64,000 nucleotides of DNA from Ramazzottius varieornatus (lineage: Eukaryota; Animalia; Tardigrada): assembly GCA_001949185.1 (NCBI GenBank), contig BDGG01000001.1:2311324-2375323 (forward strand). Direction: 5' to 3'. A program made the translations under genes and the position numbers. The notes beneath the pieces were generated by a model, which saw only the letters and a program-made list of their open reading frames with translations, was not told the DNA's origin and did not search any database. Of the stretch, positions 1-14,300 are shown piece by piece (the stretch's first letter is position 1; every line of letters starts with the position of its first letter).

Positions 1-22
1 ACATGGCGATTTTTGTTGTAGG

Positions 23-487
23 TTTATTCAAGATGCAAATGTACGCAGGAGCCTGACGGAGACGTTCGTGGGTCAATGGGACATCAGCAAGAAAGAAGCA
101 GAAGACGTTATACAGCACGCTCTGGACAACCCAGACAGGTACGTGCTAAAACCCAACAGAGAAGGAGGAGGCAACAACCATTTTCGTCAGGAGCTGATAA
201 CAAAGATAAAAGAAGTCCGTGGTACTCCAGAAGCACAGAACTACATACTAATGGAACTGATACGACCACCCACACAAGAAAACTATCTCGTGCAGCCGAA
301 TAGAGAACCGGAAGCTGCCATTACGGTCAGTGAAGTGGGCGTCTTCGGAGCTATAGTAGCCAAAGGAGCGAAGATTTTGTATAATGCATCAGGCAGAGAT
401 GTACTAATACGCTGCAAGGCCAGCAATATTCTGGAAGGCGGGTTCGCCAGTGGCAACTCATGTATCAGCTCTTCGTGTGTAGTTTGA
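23..487 (+). CDS. GSS: Glutathione synthetase, last exon (gene begins upstream of window)
   Basis: Motifs YVLKPNREGGGNN, YILMELIRP, SEVGVFG and EGGFASG match the eukaryotic GSH synthetase C-terminus; splice acceptor ttgtag at ~16-21. Confidence 0.92.
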   Translation, partial: FIQDANVRRSLTETFVGQWDISKKEAEDVIQHALDNPDRYVLKPNREGGGNNHFRQELITKIKEVRGTPEAQNYILMELIRPPTQENYLVQPNREPEAAITVSEVGVFGAIVAKGAKILYNASGRDVLIRCKASNILEGGFASGNSCISSSCVV

Positions 488-532
488 CTGATTGACGTGT
501 ACAAAGCTGATGTTATCTGTGATTCCCATTGA

Positions 533-1844
533 CTAATTTCCCGTCCCGGGATTCGCAGTAGACACGCTGCAAGAACAATAAAGGATGGTTGGCACGTCGG
601 TCCAGCATTGGCTGCTGAAATGGTGATAGCTTACCCAGGGACCGTAAACGTAATCGTTGTCAGTTTGAGGATCATTTGGGTCGTCAAGTTCCAGCCTCGT
701 TATAGACTCGAGGTCGCTTTCGAGCTCCTTCAGTTTGTAGCATTTGGGTATTCTTTCTTCGCTTCTTTGGACAGAGTGCTCTGTGCCTACACTTGTGTAG
801 GAAGGATATTGCGTTTGAGAAGGAACACCTTGAGAGATGGCCGATGGCTCCTGGTGTACGGCGCACTCTGTACTGTGTTTGTGTGGGGGATGATGGTGAA
901 GATCGCCTTCTTCTTCTCCTGCACCAGCGTCGGGGTCGAACCGACAACCGTAGCCTGTGTCGGAAGGTTGGTTCATTGAAGGAACCGATTGATAACGGTA
1001 AGGCCTGCCGCCGCCGCCGTCGTTCCGCGATGAGGTCACTGACTCTTTGTAGTTGACATTGTTCATCGAGTCCATCTCGATGGGAGGGTAGCGTTCGGTC
1101 GAGGTGGCGTTGTTGTTCTTGTTTCCGCCACCGGAATCTGCTGGCGTGAACCGCTGCATGGTAGGTATGCTGTGGAGCTTGGTGAGGGTACTCCGGATAT
1201 TGTCGGAGTTTTTGAAGACAGTGATAGTCAGCCAAACAAGACCAACAATGGAGAAAAGAAGGAAGAGTGTCATGATTGGGCTCGCAACCATCCCATCGAA
1301 GTATCTCAAGCGGCTCCATCTTAAGCCAGCAAGGAAGAACCCAGGTGTGGCTAGTCTCTCTAGCTCGAGCAGCTGAATGTGAATATCCTTCAAGTGCCGC
1401 ACTGCTGTCGGACAAGTAATTTTGTTGTCGTCAAGTGCCGTTGTTACTTCTGGAAAACGACAGAATGATGATACTGTATCTAACCGGTGCAAGAAGTACA
1501 GCATTTTGAGTCGAATATTCAAAGATAAAACTAATCACTGGATCGCACCAGGCTGATCTCGAACGTGAGTTTCCGACCGGAAGTGGATTCAGAAGAACAA
1601 ACTTACTGCCGTGAAGTGCGTTCAAATTATTAAGGTCTCCTGCGAAGTTTTCCGCTTCGAACTGTGTGATTCTGAGTTCTTGTCTTCGTATCTTACGATC
1701 ACAAGACATAAGACAAATTCCGGTGAAAGCGAAGGCGACGGTGAGTCCTCCAAGAAGGTATCCGCATAAGCTTTTGCACAATGCAGAATTACTGTAAACT
1801 TTTTGCAATGATGTCCGCGAGCGATTTGGAGTCCGAGAGTTCAT
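533..1844 (-). CDS. Uncharacterised spliced membrane protein (about two TM segments, disordered C-terminal tail)
   Basis: ORFs 1431-1844 and 533-1522 are joinable by a short intron; hydrophobic stretches YLLGGLTVAFAFTGICLM and IMTLFLLFSIVGLVWLTITVF; ends are approximate. Confidence 0.5.
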
Positions 1845-4800
1845 CCTAACTTCATGTTACATGTTGTTTTAGATTCCCGCTGCACCCAGAGAAGACATTT
1901 CGGTGCGGGATTGCACAGCTAGAGTCTAACTTTGCTTGGTAACATCAACGTCCCGGAACTTCTCTTTACTTTTCCGCTTCGACAGGTAGTACCATAGGTC
2001 GTCTTGTCAAAGGTCTCGTCCCCTCTAGGGAGGCTCTCGCTGCTTGGTCCATAAGTTGCTCTTTTTTGCCATAGACACGGTTTGATGTTGATCGTTGTTG
2101 ATCTTGTTTGCATATAATGCAGTGATCGGCGTGCGCGACGACAAGGCTATCGCCAGTACGCAGAAGGCTTATGAAGATATATCTGCTCTTGACCAGGGTG
2201 ACCACTGGTCACTTCTTCCCTATGTCAGCAGTAATTATCAAATACTGGCGCGACGCCCAAAAGCGATCTTCTTGATGTGCAGTGATTACATTCCTCCTGA
2301 ATAAACACTGCAACGACCCGATATTATAATTACAACCATCTTCGTTCTGTTACTTCGCTATAAAATCAAGATAGGACGGAAAATGTGATAAGAGTCCTTC
2401 GTACGTTTTGACATGTTCTGAACTTTGATAGGAAGTCTCGAACTTTATCGCGATCACTTCCTGCTTTCTGAAGAGTGTTCGAGTGTCGAGCAGTGTTTCA
2501 AAGTAAGGAACGGTAGATTTGAATATCAGCACGTGTTCAGCATTAAGTCCTACGGAAGTAGTTTTTCAAGTTGAATAATTGAGCGGGATTACCTTACGAG
2601 AGGTACGAAGTAGGATCTGCATCGCCAACATTCCGGAAACGTTACGCGGTTATCGGCTATAACCAGGAAGCAACAAGGCGCCACCTGCTGGGATCATGGC
2701 CATTAGAAGAAACATGCAATAAAATTATGGAGGTCTATGGCCAAGCAGAGGCTTTCCTTTGTTTCGGATCTGATGGAATTTAGCTGATAATAATTTTATC
2801 GATCGATAAGAATGTTTTAGCCATTAATAATAATAAGAGGGTGATGAGGATATCTGGCTGGCTATGGTTAGAAAAGAGCAAAGACACTTTGGCTCGGAGA
2901 AGGGTCCCCGCAGCGCCATACTTATCGCTTCAAAGTTTCTGCCGCCCATAATGTCAATTTGGTCTTTTCGACGAACTAACCTCTCCTCTTTCTGTTCTCT
3001 GTTATATCCTACCCCGTATTATGCAAATAGGTGCCGTGTAATCCCGTTTACCCAGCCACTCGATCGCTTTTTCATATCTGGCTCATCTCCGCGCTCTCTA
3101 TAAGCTAAGCAAAGCCATTAGCGGTTACTGAACAAGAGTTCCATATCGCTCTTCCTGCCCGTACGCCTGTTGACAAGGGATGATGAGTAGACAAAAGAAC
3201 CCTATAAAAACATGGCCAATATTTTTGCTGTGGCGCCTCTTGCCGCGTCGACCCTTTTGTCTTGCGCATATCGCCGATATCATGCATGTCTCGCTTCATG
3301 TCGCGCAGCTTTGGTTGACTTTCCAGCTAGAGTAATTTCGAGGAAGAAAGATAAAGATGAGATTGTGTTACCAATTGCAATAAAGCATACAGCAGTTGTA
3401 TTGATGGAATATTGGACGCATGCATATCCTGTGACCAGCAAGCTATTATTATGGTCTTTTGTTCCTGCTGTCCGCCTGGAAGATAATATGCGCGGCTGTC
3501 TTGAGCGAGACGATAACAGATCAAAATCATACCACGAACCAGGGTACAATAAACTCACAGTTTAGTTCGGGCGACTTCGCGAAAGACTGTTCCAAATTAG
3601 TTTCAGATTTATGAAACGAGAGTTCTTCCGGGCGCGATACCGCGCAGAGAAAGACCACCGAAGATAGAAGTGATCTGGGGTTTCAAACAGAAGACGGCAC
3701 ATTGACGATAGGTGGTTTACTCTCCGCAAAGCAAAGCTTGATCAGTTTCCATTGGATGTATAAATGTCACCATTTATGAAATATGAAACGTTATTGGAGA
3801 TTTTAAAACGCGTCGTGCGCCTCTTACTTCCTTGTCGCCTGTGCTTGGTCTTTGGTATGACATACCTTACGAAGCTCCACATTCTCTTTCTCAGGCTTGT
3901 TGTAGGTTTTCTTACGACGCCGAGGAGGCGGTTTTACGTTATAAAATATGGAGAAAACAAAGAAGTAGAAAACTCGGCTGTAACTAGTAAATTTAACACT
4001 TTCAGCACGATCGTTTTCCTGTTTGCAGAATACTACCGTCCTCTTTGTGTGTACAGGAATTTTGTTGGCTGGTACCGTGTTGCGGAGGCTAGTCCGACCA
4101 ATAGGCAATTTTAGAAATTTCAAAACTCGGATAATTGGCAGGCCATGAACGCCAAATCTCATAAGGGAGAACTGGTCGTCTTGATTTTCTTCTGACCGCA
4201 TTGATGACTACAAAATTTACCAGGCTCGGCTTCGATAGATAAGACTGTCCCCAGTGCTCCAGTTTTTTTCTAAGCGAATACCGTGCACGTGTCTCGCGCG
4301 AAGAGACGAAACACCAAATTTCACCAAAACCACCCGAAACCGTAGAAAAAATTTCCAGCGTGCTGGGGTTTTGCTGACCGCTGGTCATTAGTGTTGCTCT
4401 GGTGAGAAGACCGAGGTACATGCAAACAAGAAGACCCAGACCCGAAAGACCAAAAGCTAAAACTGGGAGGTGAATAAAACTGAGTGATTGTATACACAAA
4501 GAGGACGGTCGTACGCAGAGTGTTAAGAGACCGTGGCGTTGATGTTGAGACGAGAGTGGATGGTACAGTTCATACTCCTAAAGCGGCAGATTTTTAGTTT
4601 AATTATCCGTGAAGAGGCCATTGTTCATATCGGATGTAATTAAGTAAACATGTCTTTCGTGTTAACGCCGTGGCAGATAATACGCCCGTGCTCGCCGTGC
4701 TGGTCATCGGCGCTGATGGACGGCACAACCAAGTGTAACACTCGAAAACTGCAATTTGCGCTCACTTTTCGATTGTCTATCACACCCAAGGATCTCACGG

Positions 4801-5329
4801 AGATCATCGACTGCAAAGGAAAAATAACAAATCTAAGACGAACCGGAAACTATGATCTTAAGATATATTGTGATGCGACCGACTGCCGCACAGGTGGCGC
4901 CACCTTATTATACACGTAAGACTGCTCTCTGATACTTCGCATTGGTCCCGATGGAATATTGGCGCCGCCCATGCCCATCATAACATTGCGGAATAAGATA
5001 AACCGCAGTTTCATTTCAGTTTTTCCAGCCTAGTTTCCACTCGTTATACCATTCTCTACATTGCGATCGTCTTGCACTGTTTTGAAGTCCTGGAAATATT
5101 CTAGGATGCGGTTGTTGTGAGGCCAGACAGGACAATAGCTTAGGCAGGTAAACAGGAGATTTTCACTCCCATTTTAAAACTTAGTCGGACCTTGATTGTC
5201 TGATTTTCCTTTGGGCATAGGTGTAACTTCCGTCGATTTTTGGAATTTTTGGACCGCAGCAACGCCATTCTGGAGAGCCCGGACGGTGGAAAGGGGGATC
5301 GAGGAGCGGAAGAACAGTCGCGGAGCATC

Positions 5330-8300
5330 ATGTCCAAGCGCAAGCAGTCGACTCCACGGCAGACTTTACAAAGCGGTGAGCACAGAGAAGCGACGTCGAC
5401 GGGGCCTGACGATCATAACGGTAAGTTGAGATGTCGTGTCTCCGCTTATCAGTTTAGAACACGGTGACATGTGACGCGCTGGGTTATGACACGCGTTATG
5501 ATATCGAGAAGGAAATGTATGTGAACGATAACTCCCCACTGGTTGACTGGCTTGTCGTCCGACGGAAGCCAAGGAAGGCTTTAAAATGCGATCGACTCGC
5601 TTCCAGTCAATCAAATCCTTCTACAAATCAAATTGGAATTTGTTGTTGTTTGCACGATTGTCCAGGTTCACGTCACAAGACTGCATAGCGTTTAAACCTT
5701 GTATTGATATACTCATTTCTAATTTTCTGTTGTGATATTATTGTTTCTTTCAATGTTGAGAAGTTAACCCCGGCCGGATTTCTGCCTTCTTGAGGTAGTC
5801 TTGCAGGTTTACTAGCTTTACTTGGATGAGAGAGGTCTGACATGCTATTTGGAATGATTTCTCAAGTAGCAGCTTGGATGGTGAAAATGAAAAAATTAAT
5901 CGCTCAAGAAGGTCGCTGCAGCCTGCCGACGTTTGTCAAGACGGTCGTGCAATCTCACCCAAGTTTGTGTTGGCCATATCAAATGTTACGAGTTCCTTCA
6001 TAACTCTTTCCCGTATGAAGTGCAAGTACCAAGTATAACGAGTCCACTTAGGCGGCTTAGGTCAGTTTTAAACCCTTGAAAATTCGACATATTGTGCTAC
6101 TTTAGCGCAAAACTCGTTCTCCTTTCCATTCAAGTTTGAAAAGTTGCTTACCGCTGGAATATTTTGCACCTTGCAGCATAATGCTCGGCTGACATATTTC
6201 TTGATGAAAATTTGTGTCTTGGAAGCTTAGAGAATTGATCGATATTTTTCCCCGAAAATGGGCGGCGGCTCGAAGAATTCGCTCGCCGCAATATGGGAAA
6301 AAATCGCTATGAGTTTCTCTGATTTTGAGGTACTTCCCTCATGAACACGATGTGAGCTTGTGGGAAAAGAAATCGCTCAAAACAATTATAACGCATATGG
6401 GACAAAGATACGCCCAACGCTGGATGAAATTCCATCACTCATTCTGCATCAGATGGAAGCCATCGGCCCATCGGAAATGTGGTATGAGTGCTGCTCCACA
6501 ATCAATATATCCTTCTTGGCTAATCCATAACCGAAAGTTTTGAGGGGGAATAAAGTGGGATTATCGCCGGAGTTTGCTTTCTTTTCTCGCCTTTGAATAG
6601 CACAGCCAAGATATGGTTGGCGTATTTTTCTGGCATAATCCCCTTGCCCAGCTTCACTGGTGTTTGCAACAGCCCGGGGATGTTGAGGAATATGTGGATA
6701 AATGAGCCGTCCTTCCTCTGGGCTGAAGGGACCTCTTTGGATTATACAAGTGGACTTTGGGAGGGGGATTATAAATATCATAAAAGTACGGAGATTTCTC
6801 CATAATCGCTTGCAAAGATTGGAATCAGCGCCGCATTAACGCGCTCATAGCCTGCGGGCGTCTTTCAACCATTGCGCAAGGCTTATGAATATTCGGGACT
6901 TTGCTCTTCCCTTCTTTGGAAAGTTCGCTGAGATATTCTGCAGCTGCTTCTTCATGGAAAAACGTGCGATTATTTGTTCGAGCTTCCTGAAAGACCACAC
7001 CAAAGTTCACTGTGACCACACAGTAATTTTCTTATAGGAGAGGTTAACGAAGGTTTTTCGTGGAAAGTTTTCTTTGCGTCGTGTTTGATAATCGATGTCA
7101 AATCCGCTTTTGATTATGTCGATCAGGTGTAGCTAGCCAAGTGGTCAATGCGGTCTTTTGGGTAATTAGAGAAGGCATTATTAATGCAGGTGTGTCGTGT
7201 CATTTCAGAAGTTCGCTTGAAGGGGATCAAAGCGGGATATAAGCACATATCGAAGAGCCTTCAACCATTGTCTCATGTTTGGGTTGCCACTTGTTTCAGA
7301 AGACTGAACAAGCTAGTAGTTAGTAGGTGGTAACGAAGAATAGGAAACGAGGTCACTTTATGTCTTTCCTTACATAGATAATAAGCTTGTTTGTCATGCT
7401 CGAGCTGGGATTGAGAACGGAGATAGAAATTAGCCCGAGAAAAAGTTGGGCAGTATTGAAAGACAAGCGCGGATTGAAGCTTACGTGTAACTGGTTTTAA
7501 TTTGCGCACTGTATTCCGATCGGCATGGTTGAAAGATGAAATTAATGGCATGAAAGAAAGGTATGGGGTTGTAAGCATAGGCGGCTGGTTTTTCTTCCGT
7601 GTCGTGAAAACGAGAGAGAGACAAACGTCACATTTGTCACAGATCTACTTTGCATGCGAAAAATGCATGAAGCCATAGCGCTCATAATTACACACTCGAG
7701 CACTGTCTTCAAACATACTTTTTTGCCGGCTTTTTCTCCTCGCGAGCCGTCGCGCAAAAACCGTGTCGTTCTTGTGTTGATGACCTGTATAACACGGCTA
7801 TACGTACTTGTGCCCAATGCGCAAAATACACAAGCTGCGCTTTTTGAGCAGTCGGGCATAACCAGAAAACTCGTCTGACATGTCCCATAGCTAATCTTCT
7901 TGTTGCGACATCGACTTGCATACGCAACTTGACCGGATAACTTTGGGTCGCCGTATGCATGTTCGACGACAGGTGAAGTTTGGGCGTGGTCAGCACATCT
8001 CCTGATGTGCTCTCTTTTGCAATGTCATATTTTAAGGAATTTGAGTTTCGGCGATGGGTTGGAAACATTAGATTATGGGAGGCGAGTGTAGTGGAGGAGG
8101 TATCGAGGTCTGTGTCGCGGCGATTTGGGTTCGTTATGGGCTTGTTAGGTGAAAGGTTCCCAGGTCAAGTTGCGCGGCCATTTTGTACTGATTTCCTCAC
8201 AAGAGGTTAGAACCGTCTAAATTGAAGCTGTCATTGAGGGTGTTGTGGAAGCATGTTCTGGTAAGTTTGGGCACTGGGGGCTGCACCCATTAATTTATGG

Positions 8301-11300
8301 CCATAAGGCAACGGTCAAAGAGATAATTCATCTCTGCCGGCTGAACATTAGCGATATCGTGCATGCGGCGCGCGGCAGTTGAAGACAGGCAAGTTAACAA
8401 GTTGTTGATATGAAAGATTTAGCCGCTGGTCTAGCTTCTGATTTCGATAGTTATGGGAAGTTGCAGCCAGAAAGATGGTAATCTGCTTCCTGTCGCACTT
8501 ACTTTTCGTCATATTTTTTCCATAGCGGCAATGCATGCCCTGATGAATCAAGGCAGAGTAAAGCAGCCCAATCGCAACAATCATCTTTCTCATGATCTGC
8601 CACTGCAGCTGTGATTGCAGACACTAGACGCTCAATCCACCCCAACCAAAACTAGTTTTCCATCAGTGGAATATGTACCAATTTCTATCGACTGGTTTGA
8701 CTAGGCGAATGAAACGGAACCAGCCATCAATATGAGAATATATCGACCGGCGCAATAGAATGATATAAAAGTTGGGGAACCATGTAGACATACTATGTAC
8801 TTATGCTCAAATGATCACTTGGCTGTAGCAAATATGGCCTGATCGGATGGCAGGGAAGACAAGCAAGCTGTGTCATAATTAGTGGACGCTAAACAGGAAA
8901 CGCGAGAAAAAAGACGCGTTATCCTGGCGTGAAATGACAGCCCACAGCACGGCTTCCATATTTCCATCCAACGGCTCATTCATTCCTTCCCAGCTAGAAA
9001 TTACATACATACTCGAACATGAACCACACCCCGAACTCTGTGGGAATTTTTTCCGTGGTTGGTACAATGAATATTTCGAAGGCGCGGTTGAGGAGAAAAA
9101 AGTCCTTCGGTGTGTTTGAGGTGGTGCAATTGAACAATGTACTGATGATCTCTGTGTGGCTTACAAATTCTAAACGGGAGCAAGTGACTTTTGTTTAGTG
9201 ACTGAAAAGGATTTGTAATGATCCGTGTTGTTAAACTTGTCGAGTGAGGAAGACAGGAGAGGAAGTGGTTGGAGAATGAACATGATGGTTGTGTGCGGTA
9301 CGGCACACGTCCAACTGTCAACATGGCACTTTCAATGACCGCACTGCCCACTTTAAACTGCCCGCTCCCCTATCTTCACTGACCACTCTGCTCGTTCCTC
9401 TGCCGTCGTCAGATTTCCGCCGAGTACAAAATTTTGTCGATCAAGAAATATCAGAAATTTATTCCCTGGACTTGAAATGTTTAATACTGCGTCACTTCAT
9501 ATGGGTAAGTATTTAAGAAACTGCATTTTATTTACTTGCGCTGCTCTATCTGGGCGAGCGGTATGAATATTCTTTTCTTTGTTGAACTCATTTTTTATCA
9601 AAATCTCGGTTTCTTACCAGCTAATTCAATGTTTGGGATACCGATTGCGGTTCTTGTCTTGAATGAAAAGTCGAATGACGTGAAGGAATTTCAGTGTGAT
9701 GATGGAGCGGGGCTGAGTGAGATTTGGTTTCGATGAAGAGCAGCCACTTGTTATTAGGGCAACCACTTGTTTTCTAGTATCAAGGGTCTGTCAGGCGCGC
9801 CTTTGAGATGTAAATGTAGCTTGTTACGTGATCTGGGGGAATGACATGAAATCATATATCCTCAGCGACAAAAATCAAGAGGAAAAGGAAGCTGTTTGTG
9901 GTCGAACGATAACGCTTTCAAGTCTGCATTGTCAAGTAGTTCGCTTGCATGCCCGCGCACGAAATGGAATCGACCCCGGCGTCCTTGTCTTTAAGATTGT
10001 GTAAGATGGATCAAAGAGACATTTTTTCCATTCGGTTCAAGTGTGAAGACGTGATCAAGTGGCTGAGCGAGGTGTATGCGGGATCAAGGCGGAACGCCGC
10101 CATCTTTGATACCTCAACAAGGTTTCGCTCTTCATTTTTTGAGGTATCTTGACTGACAAGAGTTATAGTTCAGGGTTACAAATGAAACCTGATGAAAGGT
10201 GAGCGTGTGTCGACATAACATGAAATCTCGAGTTTGGCTTGAAGAGGGACAAGGTAATATTTAATTGAAAGAGGGTTACTCTGCAGAGCTTACTACAAGA
10301 ATAAACTATGATTTGTGTTTGGCATGGGCCATTTTAAAATGGAATTGTAGGCTTGTGATGTTTACTCAAAGCGGACGCTGTGCATTACGAAGTACAAAGT
10401 GAGCTTTAGGTCTTAGTTAAGAGGAATGAGGCTCGGATTACCGGTGCTTGTTAAAATATTGATACATGAAGCTCGGCAGCGGCATTCCTGATCAGCACAC
10501 GGATCGGATCAGGATGGCCTTGCTCCCAAATGGCGTAATTAGTTATGAAGTTATTGGTATTATGGCCGGGGAAGCTGAGGGAAATGAAGAACGCAGATGG
10601 TTACATTATAACATTTAGACGCCAAAGACAACTGACGCCCCGAAATTAACGTCAGTTGTTTGTGAGAAATCCGGCCGGATGATATGAGATTCTAATGAGG
10701 GGCTACAACTCCGTCTTATTTTTGGCCGGGCCAGCCATCATTTATTTCCATGATTGCGACGTTTGCGCAGTCAAAGCACATACTCGCCTGCTCCCCGATC
10801 AAATTACACTGTGCCGCAATTTTTCTTCCTTGTCCTTCTTCGTCTTTTATGTGGAGCAAATAAACGAGGAATCTCACTTGACAGTTATTATTTGAGGACG
10901 AAATAGGAGCAAGTGCACGGATAAGAAGTTGTTCAAGTTGACGGAGACTTCCGGCTGGGGCGTAATTTTATGAAAGGAAACGGACGCTCTTTGTGCTGTG
11001 TGAGAAAGTTGAGGGTAATCCTTGTCGAGGTCTTGGAGGAAAATTCATTATGACCGGAAGAAAGGCAAGGGCATTTATTAGATGATGACGTGGATGAGGC
11101 TTCCCCCTTTTCGCTTGATGTCATAACGAGGATGGTGTTTGTCAGTAGTGCCTTTCGCTGTATGGGTTTATCATGTCAAGGAGAGGGTGTAGACTTGTGT
11201 ATGATGGAGGAATGCACGGGATGGTTGGAGCTCAACTTTGAGGGATAATGAATAAGTTTGCGCGTTCATTTCCGCTTGTGCTGGGCATATGCAGCCACTT

Positions 11301-14300
11301 GGAAGGCAGCCACTTAGCCAAGAAAATATCCCTCATCTCTCTGTTCCTGCTGAAGACATCTTTAGTTGAGAAATGTGTTTTGATGAGTAGAATTGTGGGG
11401 TCCTCTTCTACAAGTTTGCGTTTTGATGAATCTTCCTGCGCGAACGCAAAGCTGGGTGTGGCACCGTGAGAATCTCGCTGTGCTGTCTCCCCATATCAAC
11501 TTCAATATGACTAAACTTTTAAATATTTTCGAGCAGCCTTCAAAACGGTGCTCACGTAGCCCAGACTTCCACACTCGGAAATTCAGAAATAATGAAATCA
11601 TTTTGTGCTTTTTGAAGATTAAATTTTGGCTTGATATTTTACGTGGTCTTCCTTTCTAGAATCCGAAGCGGACATGACGGACTCGAACTCCACCAGCGGC
11701 ACCACGTCAAACCATGCTGTAGATGACGTTCACCTTTGTGGCATGTGCCAGCATGAATTCAAGTCGCTGGATAAGTTCCTGCTCCATAAAGAATCATGCA
11801 CGCCGACGAGCAGTCAGTCTGTGGAGTCCCCGCTCGTATCCAGGCCGCAAAGTCGCAACTCACAGTCACCCAACGAGAACCTTCCATCCACCTCCACAGC
11901 CTCCATTGTTACCAATAAGAACATCCAGGCCATGTTCTGTACCATCCAGCAACAACACTCGATTTTATTACAGTTAATTCAGCAACTTCTGCTGAAACTG
12001 AACACGAATGTATTGGGTGGTGGGATTAACAGACAACCAGGAAGTAGCAACATTCAGAGTCAACCTGCGGAAGCCGCACTGAACTCACCGGAATCAGGCA
12101 TTGGATCGGGATCAGACCCAGCCGGAAGAAGCGCACCGATGACTTGTCCTGTGGATGGACAGAGCTTTTCCGACCTGCGGACATTTTTGGACCATCTCCA
12201 AAGCCATAACGTAATTCTAGAAAATTGACTGATCTTATACGAATTTTTTTGGGAACAATATTATCCTTTTGGTTCCCAGAAAACGGTTTCCGTGCAGTCG
12301 GCCATTCGACAAGGTTCAGAGAAGCTCTCGAACCTCGCCAGAGAGCTGAACAATCTCGCGGGGCCTGGTTCATTAAGGACAAGTCGATCACCAGTGTCCG
12401 AAGCGAGGATGATTAACGAGCGCCGGAAGGAGTTGGAGGAAGAGGAGGAAGACCAGGTTGATGAGGACGGCGTGGATGATGTCAGCAAGGGTGCCGATGT
12501 GACACCGCTCGGACCTGATGGTCAGCCATTGGATCCTGCGTTGTACGTCGCTCTCCTACCTATCCCAGGTAGCAATGACAACTCGTGGGAACAGCTGATG
12601 GAGATCGTCGAGCCGACGGAGACAGCCAGACTGCAAGAGATGGTGGATCGTTACGACGACAAACGGGACCCTCATGAATGCGTTATTTGTAAGCGCGTGC
12701 TGAGCTGCAAGAGCGCTTTACAAATGCACTACAGGTGATAAGAGACTTTGTGCTAATTTTGAACACCCGTAGAAACTTCCATGCTCGGAAAAAGGCTACC
12801 CTAAAATTTGGTGTCTTTCTACGATATTTGAGAGTTCGCCAGATGAACTTGACAACATAGGTTTACTAAGTGGCGCACGTTTTCAATATTGATAACTGGA
12901 AGCGTGCGCCACGTTTCCTCGGGCTCGTTGTATAGTATGTAATTTGTGAAAAGACCTTTCACCGACAAGTCGGAAATTTACTCGTTGGATAGGCATTTCA
13001 CTGAAAAATCTAAATTTCGCTGTTTCCTTCAGGACGCATACGGGAGAGCGACCTTTTCGTTGCAAGCTCTGCCGGCGAGCCTTCACCACCAAAGGCAATT
13101 TGAAGACGCACATGGGTGTTCATCGCACAAAACTGATGGGTTCCTCCCCAAATCCACTGTCGAATACCCCATCCGAACCGATGTCGCGCATGTCGACCGA
13201 AATCATAGCGGTGGATAATCCGCAGAAAACGATGCCGTTGGGACCGTTGCCGAGTATGTATGATATTTCGGCTAGGCCATACGCCAGCATCCTCAACCCG
13301 GCACTGCGAAGTGGAATGCCGGGAATAGAATGGCCGCCGAATGCCACTCCGAACCGCCTGTCATCTTTCCAAAGCCTGGAAGCTTTGATTCAACGCACTA
13401 CCGGCGGAATGGGTAGGTGAAAATATTTTCTGAAGTTTTGTGAACCATTTTGGGCGGATTATCAAGTACATGCATACAGCGAACTGGTGGGATATAATGG
13501 TGAATCGGTATGTAGGTGCCTGATTAACCGACAGAGTTTTATTTGTGCTATGATTTTAGAGCGCATGCCGATGGATTTGTCATCGGCTCAAAACATGAAG
13601 GAAGTTAGGGATGGCGATGACAGTTTGTCGGGTAACAGCGATGGGGAGGATGAGCGTGAGGTGGATGAGGAGAGGAATGGATTATACGGTGGACAATCGG
13701 GGCACATAATAGAGTCATTGTTGGCCTCACAAGGCAGTCAACATCAGCACGGCACGGCTGGTGCACTTGACTTGACACCTCGCTCTCACTCGGCGACGCC
13801 CACTTCACAATCGACGGCAGGAGGAGATTTCAACGGATCGAAAATGTTGTCGTTAAACAGAAATCATAATACGACATGTCACGTCTGCTATAAGACCTTT
13901 GCGTGTCAAAGTGCATTGCAGATACATTTCCGCAGGTAAGCCATATTGCCATTGGCCTCTTCACTCTCTGACCCGGTCTCAATACTCTGCTTACTAACGG
14001 ATATCAATTAAATAATTCTCAAACGGTTCAGAAAAATCCAATAAAGTATTTTAGACAGAATCGGAGGCGGGCAAACACAACGTACAGGATCGTTGTCCGA
14101 AGTGGCGCACATTTCCCGCCAGTACCAATGATACCGTGCGCCACTTGAGATGACGATCTTGCACGTTCCGTTCGCCTGCCTTCCGAATATCCAGAAATAT
14201 CCGACGAAGTGATCGTTTTTCTTTTTATTGTAATTTTACAGTATATCAATTGACCTAACGATGTAATATATCGCGGCATTTCTAAATCATAGTCACCTTG

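Noticed and set aside
7125-7230. tRNA-like A-box (tagccaagtggtcaatgcg)
   Set aside because: No cloverleaf, T-arm or acceptor stem can be formed.
5421-11659. Many 60-120 aa ORFs in the sal intron, and similar ones at 2-5 kb and 16-20 kb
   Set aside because: No recognisable motifs or splice-consistent structure; consistent with chance ORFs.
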